A DNA stretch of 64,000 nt from an uncultured Gammaproteobacteria bacterium (GTDB lineage: Bacteria; Pseudomonadota; Gammaproteobacteria; Xanthomonadales; SZUA-36): assembly GCA_963784425.1 (NCBI GenBank), contig CAWARM010000019.1:11340-75339 (forward strand). Reading direction: 5' to 3'. The translations under genes were made by a program, and so were the position numbers. Position 1 is the stretch's first letter. Each line of letters opens with the position of its first letter. Shown in pieces: positions 54,914-64,000 of this stretch. Under the pieces are notes generated by a model, which was not told the DNA's origin, ran no database searches, and saw nothing but the letters and a program-made list of their open reading frames with translations.

Positions 54914-56088
54914 GCCTGCAGTCCTGCCTGGGTCAACAGCTTTCCCAGCACTTTGCCGGAATCGAAATATTCCAAAGCGACTTCGCGCGCAGCCTGCTGA
55001 TGATGTGCGAGGTTTTCCTCTATGAGTTCGATGGCGTGTCGTGCAGTAGCTACATCAACAAAAGCAAACAACCCTTCCCCGGTCGGGATGAACTCGGAAA
55101 AACCCGTGTCCTGGATTACCACAGGCCGCCCTGCAGCGAGGTAACATACCGAGCGGCAACTGAACCATCCGGAGCGCGTCGCGGAATAAAGATTCTTGAC
55201 CACGCTGAACTCGCCGCGCGAGCTTTCAATGAAGGCAGCATAGCTCTCGGGCGTTGCGGAAACCTGATGAGAATCCTGGACTTCCCAACCCAACTGCTGC
55301 CAGCGTTCGGCGGGATAGCCCGAGCCGCCGACAGCCAACATGAAAGAGGAAGCGGGAAGCTGCCTCGGCAAATCTTCAATCTTGCTGAACTCCATTTCCT
55401 TGGTGCCAAAAACCTGGTTGTTGTAGACGACGGGCTTGCCAAAGTTATTCCACGTCATCACGGTAGTCCATTTTTTCCCGCTGCTCGTCTCCGCACCCAT
55501 TGCTCCCCAGCGATCCATGACGACCGGTGGCCGGGTGGGTTTCCAATCCAGGCCCAGGCCTGGCAGCAAACAACCGGCCTGGCCGATGCGTTCAGCATAG
55601 GTAAAAAAATGATCGTGTGCGCGGTAACCATGCGTATTGAGCCAGTTGGGTGAGGCGTCCCATTTTGGATAATTCACAAAGTGATTCCAACCGGGGTCAG
55701 TGTCGATCAGCACTTTGCACGGGCACTTCATGTACTCGTCCCGCAGCAAGGCGCTGCCGGATACATTCAGAAACACATCAGCCTGGCTGAGCACCTCAGC
55801 GAACTTCCCCTTCTCCATGCCGAAGGTGGTATCGTCCATGCCCCGAAAGTGCCAGCGATCAGCCAGTGCAGGGGAAAGATAACGCAGTGAGCGGTCAAGA
55901 AATTCAAGCGCGAAACCGGGATCTTCCCCGTACTCGCGTTTTAGCGGGTGATAGCACGGGCCGCCCGTATCTTCGAGGTAATACACCTCGAAACCCAGTT
56001 GCTCAAGCGCCGCCGCATATTGGCCGTAATCCCAGGCAACCCCTCCCACCGGGTAGGTTGCAATCATCCCGGTCACGATGGCTTTCAC
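54910..56088 (-). CDS. GT-B-like glycosyltransferase family protein (CgeB/Glyco_trans_1_2-like C-terminus)
   Basis: 392 aa. N-terminal [21 protein letters not shown]-terminal [21 protein letters not shown]. 4-nt overlaps at both ends. Confidence 0.55.
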   Translation of the reverse strand: MKAIVTGMIATYPVGGVAWDYGQYAAALEQLGFEVYYLEDTGGPCYHPLKREYGEDPGFALEFLDRSLRYLSPALADRWHFRGMDDTTFGMEKGKFAEVLSQADVFLNVSGSALLRDEYMKCPCKVLIDTDPGWNHFVNYPKWDASPNWLNTHGYRAHDHFFTYAERIGQAGCLLPGLGLDWKPTRPPVVMDRWGAMGAETSSGKKWTTVMTWNNFGKPVVYNNQVFGTKEMEFSKIEDLPRQLPASSFMLAVGGSGYPAERWQQLGWEVQDSHQVSATPESYAAFIESSRGEFSVVKNLYSATRSGWFSCRSVCYLAAGRPVVIQDTGFSEFIPTGEGLFAFVDVATARHAIELIEENLAHHQQAAREVALEYFDSGKVLGKLLTQAGLQA

Positions 56089-57041
56089 GGCTTCACGGCG
56101 TGGTGCGATGCCGACGGTTTTAGCGCACCTTCGGTTAACAGATGTTCAACTTTCCTGCCCAGGAGCGCATTGTCCCGCCGTGAGGTGTCGATGAATTCCT
56201 GCGCCGAGCCCTGTTGCTCAATGCGGTCGAGGTACTCAGGAATGGCTTGCACATTAGCCGCATCAACTACCCACTCCGCCAGCCCGGCACGAGCCATAAA
56301 CGACTCGACTTTTCTATCACCCGAAATGGCCAGCACTTTCTTGCCCAGTGCCAGGGCGATGATACAGCCGTGCAACCTGGAGCTGACCACCAGATCACTG
56401 TCGCGGTAAGTATCCAGCATGTCATGGAGTTCGGCTTCACTACCGGCCTGGATGCGATTGTTGAGTTGCCGATAGCTACGCCCTGAACTGCCGGCAAATC
56501 CCTGCAATAAAGCAAGGGTCTGCTGGTAGCTGCGCCCTCCCATATTGTCATAAGCATCGACATAGAGCAGGCCATGGCCATATTCTGTTGCCGGCTCCAA
56601 TACACACACACTGGGGCAGGTCACCGCCGCAGGTACGGAGCAAGCCGCCAGGTATTGACGGCTCAGATCGTCCCGCACGCTGCAAAACCGCGCGCGCCGG
56701 ACCAGGGTCTCCAGCAGAACGGAAGCCGGCCGGGAATCACGGTGCTTCGCATCGCAATAGCCCACGCCCCAGATACAAAACGGTACGCGCCCGGAAATCG
56801 GCAGAAATCCTTGCCAGAACGGCATGAAATAGTCCATGAAAAGGCCACCACCGCCGATGATAACCAGGTCAGTAACGCTGGCTTGCGAAAGCGCCTGCAG
56901 CGTTGCCGGCACGAACGGCTCATCGCAGAAATGCTCCAGCAGGTTTCCCTGCGCGGCGTACTTGCCCAGCAACGACTGTATTCCTTGCGCCGACAGCCAG
57001 TCGCCGACATTGGACTTGTTGGCAAATACGTGGTGGATCAT
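56085..57041 (-). CDS. Polysaccharide pyruvyl transferase family protein
   Basis: 318 aa. NKSNVGDWLSAQGIQSLL, IIGGGGLF and SSRLHGCIIALALGKKVLAI are typical of the CsaB/WcaK-type family. Confidence 0.8.
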   Translation of the reverse strand: MIHHVFANKSNVGDWLSAQGIQSLLGKYAAQGNLLEHFCDEPFVPATLQALSQASVTDLVIIGGGGLFMDYFMPFWQGFLPISGRVPFCIWGVGYCDAKHRDSRPASVLLETLVRRARFCSVRDDLSRQYLAACSVPAAVTCPSVCVLEPATEYGHGLLYVDAYDNMGGRSYQQTLALLQGFAGSSGRSYRQLNNRIQAGSEAELHDMLDTYRDSDLVVSSRLHGCIIALALGKKVLAISGDRKVESFMARAGLAEWVVDAANVQAIPEYLDRIEQQGSAQEFIDTSRRDNALLGRKVEHLLTEGALKPSASHHAVKP

Positions 57042-58255
57042 GCCCGTGCCTTGCTTCCTGAAGCAGTGCCCTGCCGCTTAACGGCAGCCATGGTTTGTGC
57101 ATAGAAATGGGCGATATTTCCGACGCACTGTTTGCTCTCGGCGTGTTCGGTTACAAATTTGCGCGCCCTGTTGCCCATTGCTTCCCGCTGCTGCGGTTGT
57201 GACAGCAGGCGGCGCAAGCTTGCCGTTAAAGCAGAAACATCGCCGGGTGGGACCAGGTAGCCGGTATCACCGTCGCGGATCACTTCTGCAGCACCCGAAC
57301 CGCTGCAGCCAATAACCGGCAAGCCACAGGCCATGGCTTCCAGATAGACAAATCCCGGCCCGCCTTCGTAGTGCGACGGCGCGGCAAAAACATGTGCCCG
57401 GCACAGTTGTTCTGCAAGCTCATCCCGCAAGAGGTAGCCGGTGAACAGGAGGGACTGCCCGAAACCAAGCTCGGCGGCCATGTCCTTCAATCGCGCCGTG
57501 AAGATTTCCTCTCCCCCACCCACGAGGACCAGCTTCAGTCCGGCAAATTCGTGCTGCAAGGCGCCCACCGCTTCGAGCAAGGTTTCAACACCCTTGTTGC
57601 TCACCATCTTGCCCACGAAGACGATGGTGGGGTCCTCAGCTTTGGGTATGTCCCGCGGATAAAAGAGTGCTGTATCAATGCCGGTGTGCAGACACGGGAT
57701 GCGGTCTTTATCCATACCGTATTCGGTAGCGCACCAGTAAGCAGAACAGTGGCTGGAGGAATAGACTGCATCCGCCAGGCGCAGGCAGGTTTCTTCCATG
57801 TACTTGCCGGTGCGATAGAGTTCTGTGTCCTTTGCGGGCCATCCCAGGGTATGCGCCAGCATCACCAGCGGGCCATGCAAATGAATCACCGCGGGGATCC
57901 GGTTCCATTCTGACTGGTTGAGCAAATGGGTATATCCCTCGCAGCCCCATTCCGGAAAATCGAGGATGTCAAATGCTGCCGTCTCATGCTGGCGAACAAT
58001 CTCCTCCGCAACACGGCAACTGTGGCTGATCCATTCAGCCACGTCCGTATAAACCGGCATATTGGCTGACTGGATGCGAATGACCCGGACTGCACCATCC
58101 TGCCGCTCACTGCGGTTTCCATCCGGGCTCCTGGAAATGACCACGACCTCGTGCCCCATGGCCGCAAGGCCGTGGGCCTTGATAAAGGTCTGCGTCCCGA
58201 TCCCGCCGGTGGCAGTTTCAGGGGGGTATTCGCGCGAGATCAGCCCAATCTTCAA
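57038..58255 (-). CDS. Glycosyltransferase family 4 (GT-B, group 1)
   Basis: 405 aa with MKIGLISREYPPETATGGIGT and the C-terminal E-x7-E region (PSHYEGGPGFVYLEAMACGLPVIG). Confidence 0.85.
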   Translation of the reverse strand: MKIGLISREYPPETATGGIGTQTFIKAHGLAAMGHEVVVISRSPDGNRSERQDGAVRVIRIQSANMPVYTDVAEWISHSCRVAEEIVRQHETAAFDILDFPEWGCEGYTHLLNQSEWNRIPAVIHLHGPLVMLAHTLGWPAKDTELYRTGKYMEETCLRLADAVYSSSHCSAYWCATEYGMDKDRIPCLHTGIDTALFYPRDIPKAEDPTIVFVGKMVSNKGVETLLEAVGALQHEFAGLKLVLVGGGEEIFTARLKDMAAELGFGQSLLFTGYLLRDELAEQLCRAHVFAAPSHYEGGPGFVYLEAMACGLPVIGCSGSGAAEVIRDGDTGYLVPPGDVSALTASLRRLLSQPQQREAMGNRARKFVTEHAESKQCVGNIAHFYAQTMAAVKRQGTASGSKARA

Positions 58256-58261
58256 GTCCGC

Positions 58262-60067
58262 TTACCGCGTCAACTGATCTGCTTCAGTGCCGCTCTGCAC
58301 GCGCACAAAGGCATCAAACGAACCGCGCTCCACCTGCTCAATGTGCCGGTCTTTCACTTCGAAAATCATGTCGCAATTCTTCAAAGTGCTCAGGCGGTGA
58401 GCGATCAGGAAAACCGTTCGTCCCTGCATCAGCAGTTCCATCGCGTCCATGATCAGTGCTTCAGTTTTCAGATCAACAGAACTGGTGGGTTCGTCTAGAA
58501 GCAGGATGGGGGCATCACGCAGAAAGGCACGTGCCAATGCGATCCGCTGGCGTTCCCCGCCCGATAACCGCATGCCGCGCTCACCCACCAGGGTCTGGTA
58601 ACCGTGCTCAAACTCCTGGATGAAATCATGCGCATTGGCCGCCCGGGCCGCTGCCATGATTTCCTCGTCACTGGATGATGGCCGGCCGTAAGCAATGTTG
58701 TCTGCAATCGAGGTCGAAAAGAGCACCGGTTCCTGCAGGACAATGCCAAACTGCTGCCGGAGACCGCTTACCCTGTAGTCCTTCAGGTTGACCCCGTCGA
58801 GCTCGATAGAACCCGAAGTCGGGTCATAAAAACGCATCAAGAGGCTGAGAAAGGTGGACTTGCCAGCCCCGGTCTTGCCCGCAATGCCTACCCTGGCGCC
58901 AGCCGGAATATCAATGGAAACATTCTGCAGGACCGGGCTTTCCGGGGTGTAGGAAAAATACAGGTCCTTGATTCTGAAATTGCCGTTTACCCGCTGGACC
59001 GGCAAGGCGTCCAGCTTTTCTTCAACTTCCGTTTGTTCATCAAGGAACTCAAAGGCCCGCTCGGCACTGGCCAGGGAATCCTGCATTCCTGCCACCTGGC
59101 TGCCAATGACCTGCAAGGGACCGTACAGCAAACCGAGGTAGGCCATGACCACCAGCAGGTCTCCGGTGGTCATGAGGCTTTGCTGAATCTGGCCTACACC
59201 CACGTACAACACGATGCCTGTCCCGGTCGCAATGACCACACCGGTCATCAGGTCAAAGGAACCCTGTAAAAAGGTGACGCGGATCTGCGCCAGGAAACTT
59301 TGCGTGGCATGCCGGTTAAAACGGTCCCGTTCAGGCTCCTCCTGGGTAAATGCCTTGACCACGCGCAAGGACGAAAAAACCTCGTTGATCACCGACATGG
59401 CCGCGTTAGACAGGTCTTTCTGCTTGCTCCAGCCACGGCGCAAAGGCAGCCTGAATCCCCTGATCAGCAGAATAAGGACCGGCACGATGATCAGGGCAAC
59501 GGCAACCAGTTTCAGGCTGATCAGGGCAATGACGACCATCATGGAAACCAGGGCGATGAATGCTGAAACCAGCGGGATCAACCCATCTATCGCCACCCAG
59601 CGTATGGCTGCCGCATCGTACTGCACGCGGTATAGCGCGTGCGACACGCCCTTGGAATCGTGGAATCCGAGCGACAGTCTTTGCCCGTGCCAGAACAGCC
59701 GGGAGCGAAATTCGAGCGACACCTTGCCGCTCACCCAGGTGCTGTACATGTACTCCACCAGTCGCCGAACCTGTATCAGCACCGCTACCCCGATCAGCAG
59801 GACTGCAGAAAAAACCATTAACGCTGATGCAGAGTGGTGCATGCCCTGCGGAAGTATGGGGGTGAGAAAGGCGGGTATGGGTTGTGAACCCAACACGCTG
59901 TCCACCGTCAGCTTGATGGGCAAAGGAGAGAGCAGCGAGAGCGGAGTGGCCAGCAGGTTGAGTAATAACAAGCCGACGAGGTGGGGCCAGTACGGCCGGG
60001 CTTCGCGCAGCAAGCGCGCAAGAATGGCAAAGTCAGTCGGCTTGGTTGTGGGCATCGCCGAATTCAA
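58262..60067 (-). CDS. MsbA/NdvA-type ABC exporter (fused TMD-NBD half transporter)
   Basis: 601 aa with six N-terminal TM segments, Walker A GKTGAGKST, signature LSGGERQR and Walker B ILLLDEPTS. The start is 60067 or 60055. Confidence 0.9.
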   Translation of the reverse strand: MNSAMPTTKPTDFAILARLLREARPYWPHLVGLLLLNLLATPLSLLSPLPIKLTVDSVLGSQPIPAFLTPILPQGMHHSASALMVFSAVLLIGVAVLIQVRRLVEYMYSTWVSGKVSLEFRSRLFWHGQRLSLGFHDSKGVSHALYRVQYDAAAIRWVAIDGLIPLVSAFIALVSMMVVIALISLKLVAVALIIVPVLILLIRGFRLPLRRGWSKQKDLSNAAMSVINEVFSSLRVVKAFTQEEPERDRFNRHATQSFLAQIRVTFLQGSFDLMTGVVIATGTGIVLYVGVGQIQQSLMTTGDLLVVMAYLGLLYGPLQVIGSQVAGMQDSLASAERAFEFLDEQTEVEEKLDALPVQRVNGNFRIKDLYFSYTPESPVLQNVSIDIPAGARVGIAGKTGAGKSTFLSLLMRFYDPTSGSIELDGVNLKDYRVSGLRQQFGIVLQEPVLFSTSIADNIAYGRPSSSDEEIMAAARAANAHDFIQEFEHGYQTLVGERGMRLSGGERQRIALARAFLRDAPILLLDEPTSSVDLKTEALIMDAMELLMQGRTVFLIAHRLSTLKNCDMIFEVKDRHIEQVERGSFDAFVRVQSGTEADQLTR

Positions 60068-62627
60068 GATAGAGTGATTTCAGGGCCTCGCGAATGGCTG
60101 TCATTGACATCATTGATTCATACTGCTTGCGCGCCACGATGGCAACGGAGATGCCAAAGAGCAAGCCTGCAACCCACCAGTTCCCTCCACCTATTGCAAT
60201 TGCGCCAAGCGCAGCAAACAGGCTGGCCAGTACCACCCCCCAGGTTGAGAAATTGGATTTCACGGCAAACTTCACCAGCTGCTTGCCTGCGCCGTGTTCC
60301 TCCGTCGCCATGATCAGGCGGGCGCTACCCATCAAGCCGCCGCGCACTTCGATATCCCAACCATCGTAGTTACCGCCACATACCATGGGCGACTGCAGGG
60401 CCTTGAGGATTTGCTCCAGGCGTCCAAGGTATTCACCAGGCGATTTCCACTTCTCGCTCCAGATCTCGAACGCCTCTTTGCTCCGGCCCGAGGCCTGGGT
60501 GCCGGTACCGGCGCGCTTACGCCATGGCGTGAGGCCATAACGCAGACGACCATAAAGCCGGGCCAGGGGCTGTATCAGGTGCAGCAGGGAGGAAATGCAA
60601 CGCAACTTGAAGCGCTGCCCCGGATGGATCCACGCGGTGGGAAATTCAGCCTTGATGGCGCTGAGCACCGCCTGCACCACGGGCGCCACGACGGCCAGGA
60701 CCAGCACCGGAGCCGCCCAAAGGAAGGGCCGCCAGGCCATGCCCAGCAGCGAAAAACTGGCCAGCACGGCAATAACAAAATACCACTCCGGCATAAGCGG
60801 CAGGGAAGGCAACCATCCCGTAGCGGGTTGGTACAGGGACTGGAACAATGCCGCCCCCCACTGTCCCTGGTAAATTCTCCAGCGCCCGGCAGGCAAGGGC
60901 TGGGTCAGCCCCCGCCCGTACAGCCTTCCCTGCCAGGTCAGGTGCCCGGCCGAGTTGTATTTTCCTGGCCACTTCTCTTCCAGCAGCGCCTCCGCCTTGC
61001 CATAGCCTTGTTGCTGTTTCCAATACGCCCGGAGCGAGTTACGGCAGTGGTGCCAGTTTTGTGCGCCCGCGTGGAAGCCAATATTCCAGCCGCGGTCCAG
61101 GATGCGCCAGCAGATGTCTACATCATCGCCGGCGCTGCGGTAGCGCGGGTCAAAACCGCCCAGTTCCTCTAAAACCGACCGCCGGAAAGACATGTTGCAG
61201 CCTGGAATATGCTCAGCCAGGGTATCTGTGAACAAGACATGCACCGGCCTGCCCGGCGCATTGGCGACACAATCGGCGATTGAACCGCCACCGGCAGGCG
61301 CCAGGCTCAAACCACCCACCCCGGCGTAATCGCCATGGAGGTAAGCAAACGCAAGATACTTGAGCCAGTGTGTATCCGGGTAGGCATCGTCGTCGGTATA
61401 CGCAATGATTTCACCGGTGGCCATTTGCCAACCGGTGTTCCTGGCATTGCTCAGCCCGCGGTTATCCGTACTGACCAGCTTCACGTCATATTCCCGGCAA
61501 ATAGCTGCGGTGTCGTCGGTTGAACCATCATCCACCACGATGATTTCGTAGTCCGGGTAGTCCAGGATGGACAGGTATTCCAGCGTGTCGCGAATGGTGT
61601 GGGCGCCGCAGTAAGAACACACAACTACCGAGATCCTGGGCCACTGCACGTTTGGCGAAAAAGGTGCGTCGTTGTAGGCTTTTCCCACCGCAGCTAATGC
61701 CGGTTTGGGCGTTCGTTCGCGCGTAACCAGGCCAAAATCCCAGTCGGTGATGGCATGGCCGCCGCGGAACCATTCATCGGTCCAGGAAAAAACGATGGAG
61801 CCGCAACAGCCTGCAGCAAACGCGGTACGAACCTGCCAGCCCAGTTGCTCCGCCTGCATGGCCAGGCCGTTTCTTTGGCTGTCGAGGCCAATTTCAGCCA
61901 TCAGCAGCGGGCTGTCACCGGAGAGGTTTTGCAAGCGGGCGAGGTAGGCGCTGAGCCGGGCCTCGGTTTCCAGGTAGACGTTGAAACAACACAGGTCAAG
62001 AAAATCCAGTTGCAGATATTCGGTGGTTGGATAGTTGACGTAGGTCACCAGCGCAGCGGGGTCTTCCTGCTTCGCGATGCGGTACAAACGCTTGATGAAC
62101 CGTTCGATCTTGCGGCGGCCGTGCCAGCGGACTATTTGTGCCGGAATCTCGTTGCCGATGGAAAAGCACAGGATCGCCGGGTGGCCGGTACAGGAACGCA
62201 CGCCCTCGCGAACCCGGCTTTCAATGGTAAGCATCAAGGCTGGATTGTCGAGGAAGGTGACGTGCTGCTCCCAGGCGATTCCGGCCATTACCCTGAGCTG
62301 GTTTTTCCGCGCCAGGTCCAGCAACCAGACGGGGGGAGCCGTATAGGTTCGGACCGTGTTGATACCGGCTTTCGCCATGGCGCAAAAATCGGCCGCCACG
62401 GTCTCACGGTCCGGGAATGGTTGTCCGTCAGGCCCCGGGGAAAATGTTCCGTAGGTAATCCCTTTTACCCAGTACTTTTCATCCCCGCAGTACAGGAACT
62501 TGCCGCGTGCCTCGATGCGGCGGGAAAAGTCAACTTCGGGAGTGATTTCTATCCTGGGAAGGTCCCGCCCGCCTTCGATCAGCTCGAAGCGTTCGGCTTC
62601 TGCAATTTGCATTTCTTGACGCCTCAC
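60033..62627 (-). CDS. Tri-domain protein: clan GH-A-like glycoside hydrolase + GT2 glycosyltransferase + C-terminal membrane module
   Basis: 864-aa ORF from GTG 62627 (ATG 62612 behind GAGG is the more likely start).
- aa ~40-310: (beta/alpha)8 hydrolase-like, with SIGNEIP and LLMAEIGLD.
- aa ~330-545: GT2, with ISVVVCSYCG, VVDDGSTD and YTDDDAYPD.
- aa ~610-660 and ~795-835: hydrophobic TM segments. Confidence 0.8.
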   Translation of the reverse strand: MRRQEMQIAEAERFELIEGGRDLPRIEITPEVDFSRRIEARGKFLYCGDEKYWVKGITYGTFSPGPDGQPFPDRETVAADFCAMAKAGINTVRTYTAPPVWLLDLARKNQLRVMAGIAWEQHVTFLDNPALMLTIESRVREGVRSCTGHPAILCFSIGNEIPAQIVRWHGRRKIERFIKRLYRIAKQEDPAALVTYVNYPTTEYLQLDFLDLCCFNVYLETEARLSAYLARLQNLSGDSPLLMAEIGLDSQRNGLAMQAEQLGWQVRTAFAAGCCGSIVFSWTDEWFRGGHAITDWDFGLVTRERTPKPALAAVGKAYNDAPFSPNVQWPRISVVVCSYCGAHTIRDTLEYLSILDYPDYEIIVVDDGSTDDTAAICREYDVKLVSTDNRGLSNARNTGWQMATGEIIAYTDDDAYPDTHWLKYLAFAYLHGDYAGVGGLSLAPAGGGSIADCVANAPGRPVHVLFTDTLAEHIPGCNMSFRRSVLEELGGFDPRYRSAGDDVDICWRILDRGWNIGFHAGAQNWHHCRNSLRAYWKQQQGYGKAEALLEEKWPGKYNSAGHLTWQGRLYGRGLTQPLPAGRWRIYQGQWGAALFQSLYQPATGWLPSLPLMPEWYFVIAVLASFSLLGMAWRPFLWAAPVLVLAVVAPVVQAVLSAIKAEFPTAWIHPGQRFKLRCISSLLHLIQPLARLYGRLRYGLTPWRKRAGTGTQASGRSKEAFEIWSEKWKSPGEYLGRLEQILKALQSPMVCGGNYDGWDIEVRGGLMGSARLIMATEEHGAGKQLVKFAVKSNFSTWGVVLASLFAALGAIAIGGGNWWVAGLLFGISVAIVARKQYESMMSMTAIREALKSLYLEFGDAHNQAD

Positions 62628-62919
62628 ACGCCATTGGCCCGTCCGGCCGTCCCGCCGTTAGGTGTTTCCTATCTTGCTGGCCCCCACTAGCGGCGACGAA
62701 TCGTACCATTTTTGCCAGTCCGCAACCAGAAATCGCGGAGTTTCAGGCGGTTCGGGGCTGTCGCCCAGCTATTCATCAGCCCCCGGTAACTCTGCTATAG
62801 TGCGGCGAAAATGAAGCAGCTGACACGGCGCGGAAAATGCGGGCAATCCGGGGTGACGGCATAACTCAGAGGTTTCCTATGCCCATCGCATTTCTACTGA
62901 TAATTTCGATGCCTGAACA

Positions 62920-64000
62920 ATGAACGGTACTCTTCGCCAGTATTCTTGTCGTTACCTGATTTTGGGCATCCTTGTTGCGCTCCAGCTCAGTGCCTGCTCC
63001 CAGCTGGGCCCGAGAGTTCTCAGCACCGGCCGGCCGCTCTACAACATGGCCGTGCAGACAACCGAGTCACAGCAGCTGCTGCTGAATATCGTCCGGCAGC
63101 GTTACAGCGATCCCATACTCTTTCTCGACGTCACCAGCATCTCCAGTGGATTTACCCGCGAAGCGCACGCGGACCTGGTGGGTAACCTGTTTCCCGAGGG
63201 CAAAGGTGGATCAACAGCAACCATCGGCGGGATTATCAGCGAAAGCCCGTTCATTACCTATGCGCCCAATACCGGCGAAAAGTTTGTTACCCAGATGCTC
63301 ACACCCCTGGACTTGCGCACGGTGTCACTGATTGTCCAGGCCGGCTGGAGCATTGAACGCGTGCTGCTCATCGCCGGTGAGTCCATCAACCAACTGCGCA
63401 ACACGTCCTCCGGCAGTCCCGAGGCGCAAGAGGGTTATCTCAAATACCTGAAGGTGGTTGCTTCCCTGCGCGCGCTGCAAAAGGAAGGCCAGCTTTCACT
63501 GGGTGCCGAAGAGAGCAAGGACGGCAAGGGAACCACCATGTCCTTGCTGGTGGCCCCGGCGGCAGTGGAAGGAGAGTACTACCGCACGGTGTGTGAATCG
63601 ATCAAGGTAGCCTGTGACGGCCGGCCACTGAAAATTCGCCAGGCCATAGGCATTTCCAGCGACGGGGAAACCCTCGCCGTGGCTACCCGCTCGATCATGT
63701 CTGCATTGTATTTCCTGGCGCAGGGGGTGGAAGTTCCGGCGGCGGACGGAGAGGATGGAGTTGCGCTGAAGGCAGTCACCATCGCCGGGGGACCTTTTGA
63801 TACCTCCGGGTCAGGAAAAAAACTGTTTCACGTAGCATCCTCGCCAGAAGAACCGCAGAACGCAGCGGTAAAGGTGTTCTACCGTGACTCCTGGTTTTAT
63901 ATAGAAGACACCGACATCGACAGCAAGACAACCTTTGTGCTCCTGAGCATGCTGGTGATGCTGCAGTCCGGCGATACAGCCAAGATCACGCCGCTGATCA
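62920..64000 (+). CDS. Hypothetical lipoprotein, N-terminal 360 aa; continues beyond window end
   Basis: Own translation from ATG 62920 gives MNGTLRQYSCRYLILGILVALQLSAC (lipobox LSAC). The frame is open to 64000. Absent from the ORF track because no stop lies in the window. Confidence 0.6.
   Translation, partial: MNGTLRQYSCRYLILGILVALQLSACSQLGPRVLSTGRPLYNMAVQTTESQQLLLNIVRQRYSDPILFLDVTSISSGFTREAHADLVGNLFPEGKGGSTATIGGIISESPFITYAPNTGEKFVTQMLTPLDLRTVSLIVQAGWSIERVLLIAGESINQLRNTSSGSPEAQEGYLKYLKVVASLRALQKEGQLSLGAEESKDGKGTTMSLLVAPAAVEGEYYRTVCESIKVACDGRPLKIRQAIGISSDGETLAVATRSIMSALYFLAQGVEVPAADGEDGVALKAVTIAGGPFDTSGSGKKLFHVASSPEEPQNAAVKVFYRDSWFYIEDTDIDSKTTFVLLSMLVMLQSGDTAKITPLI

Noticed and set aside
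62628-62919. Second sigma-54 promoter upstream of the glycan locus or the divergent lipoprotein gene
   Set aside because: I scanned both strands for GG-N10-GC with TGGCAC/TTGC context. Only poor partial matches turned up (e.g. GCAATCCGGGGTGAC).
1-64000. CRISPR arrays, rRNA/tRNA genes, transposases, integrases, toxin-antitoxin pairs or known phage-defence genes
   Set aside because: Visual scanning of intergenic regions and all long ORFs found none. Apart from the inverted repeats and the 12-nt tandem reported above, no repeat-spacer periodicity was seen.

Overview
This 64-kb window looks like a chromosomal segment of a Gram-negative, proteobacterial-type genome. Supporting signs are an LpxL-type lipid A acyltransferase, Uup, lipoboxes, a TAT signal, and a sigma-54/NtrC-type regulator. 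I support about 60 protein-coding genes. I found no rRNA, tRNA, CRISPR array, transposase, integrase or phage gene.

Two real genes run off the window edges and so are absent from the stop-bounded ORF track: a BNR/Asp-box protein (1-1059, minus strand) and a lipoprotein (62920-64000, plus strand).

Layout:
- 1-27 kb: mixed housekeeping and accessory genes. These include uup, a DUF349 protein, a PQQ quinohemoprotein dehydrogenase, an ATP-grasp/M32 carboxypeptidase fusion, an LpxL-like gene, a class III cyclase, a LysR regulator divergent from an AhpD-like gene, TerC, an esterase and an MFS transporter.
- 27-36 kb: a visibly lower-GC accessory block of secreted and periplasmic redox genes (DUF6152, TAT small subunit plus GMC flavoprotein, esterases, AraC, a cytochrome c'-like protein and two paralogous membrane proteins).
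- 36-42 kb: high-GC blocks holding a split, order-swapped rifampin-phosphotransferase-like kinase with a stand-alone cNMP-binding protein, and a frameshifted di-heme peroxidase.
- 42-46 kb: small genes, several joined by ATGA overlaps.
- 46-62.6 kb: about 16 kb of co-directional minus-strand genes. They comprise a glycan locus (GH-GT2-membrane fusion, MsbA-type exporter, GT4, pyruvyl transferase, GT-like protein, two acetyltransferases), then a MacB/DevBCA-like pump with two different FtsX permeases and its own sigma-54 response regulator and histidine kinase. A near-consensus sigma-54 promoter precedes the pump.

Most interesting:
- the glycan-plus-pump supercluster;
- the ATP-grasp/M32 fusion;
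- the split phosphotransferase operon;
- a perfect 26-bp inverted repeat filling a divergent promoter region;
- three independently disrupted ORFs (two frameshifts and one in-frame TAA).

All family assignments rest on motif recognition by eye. No database search was run.
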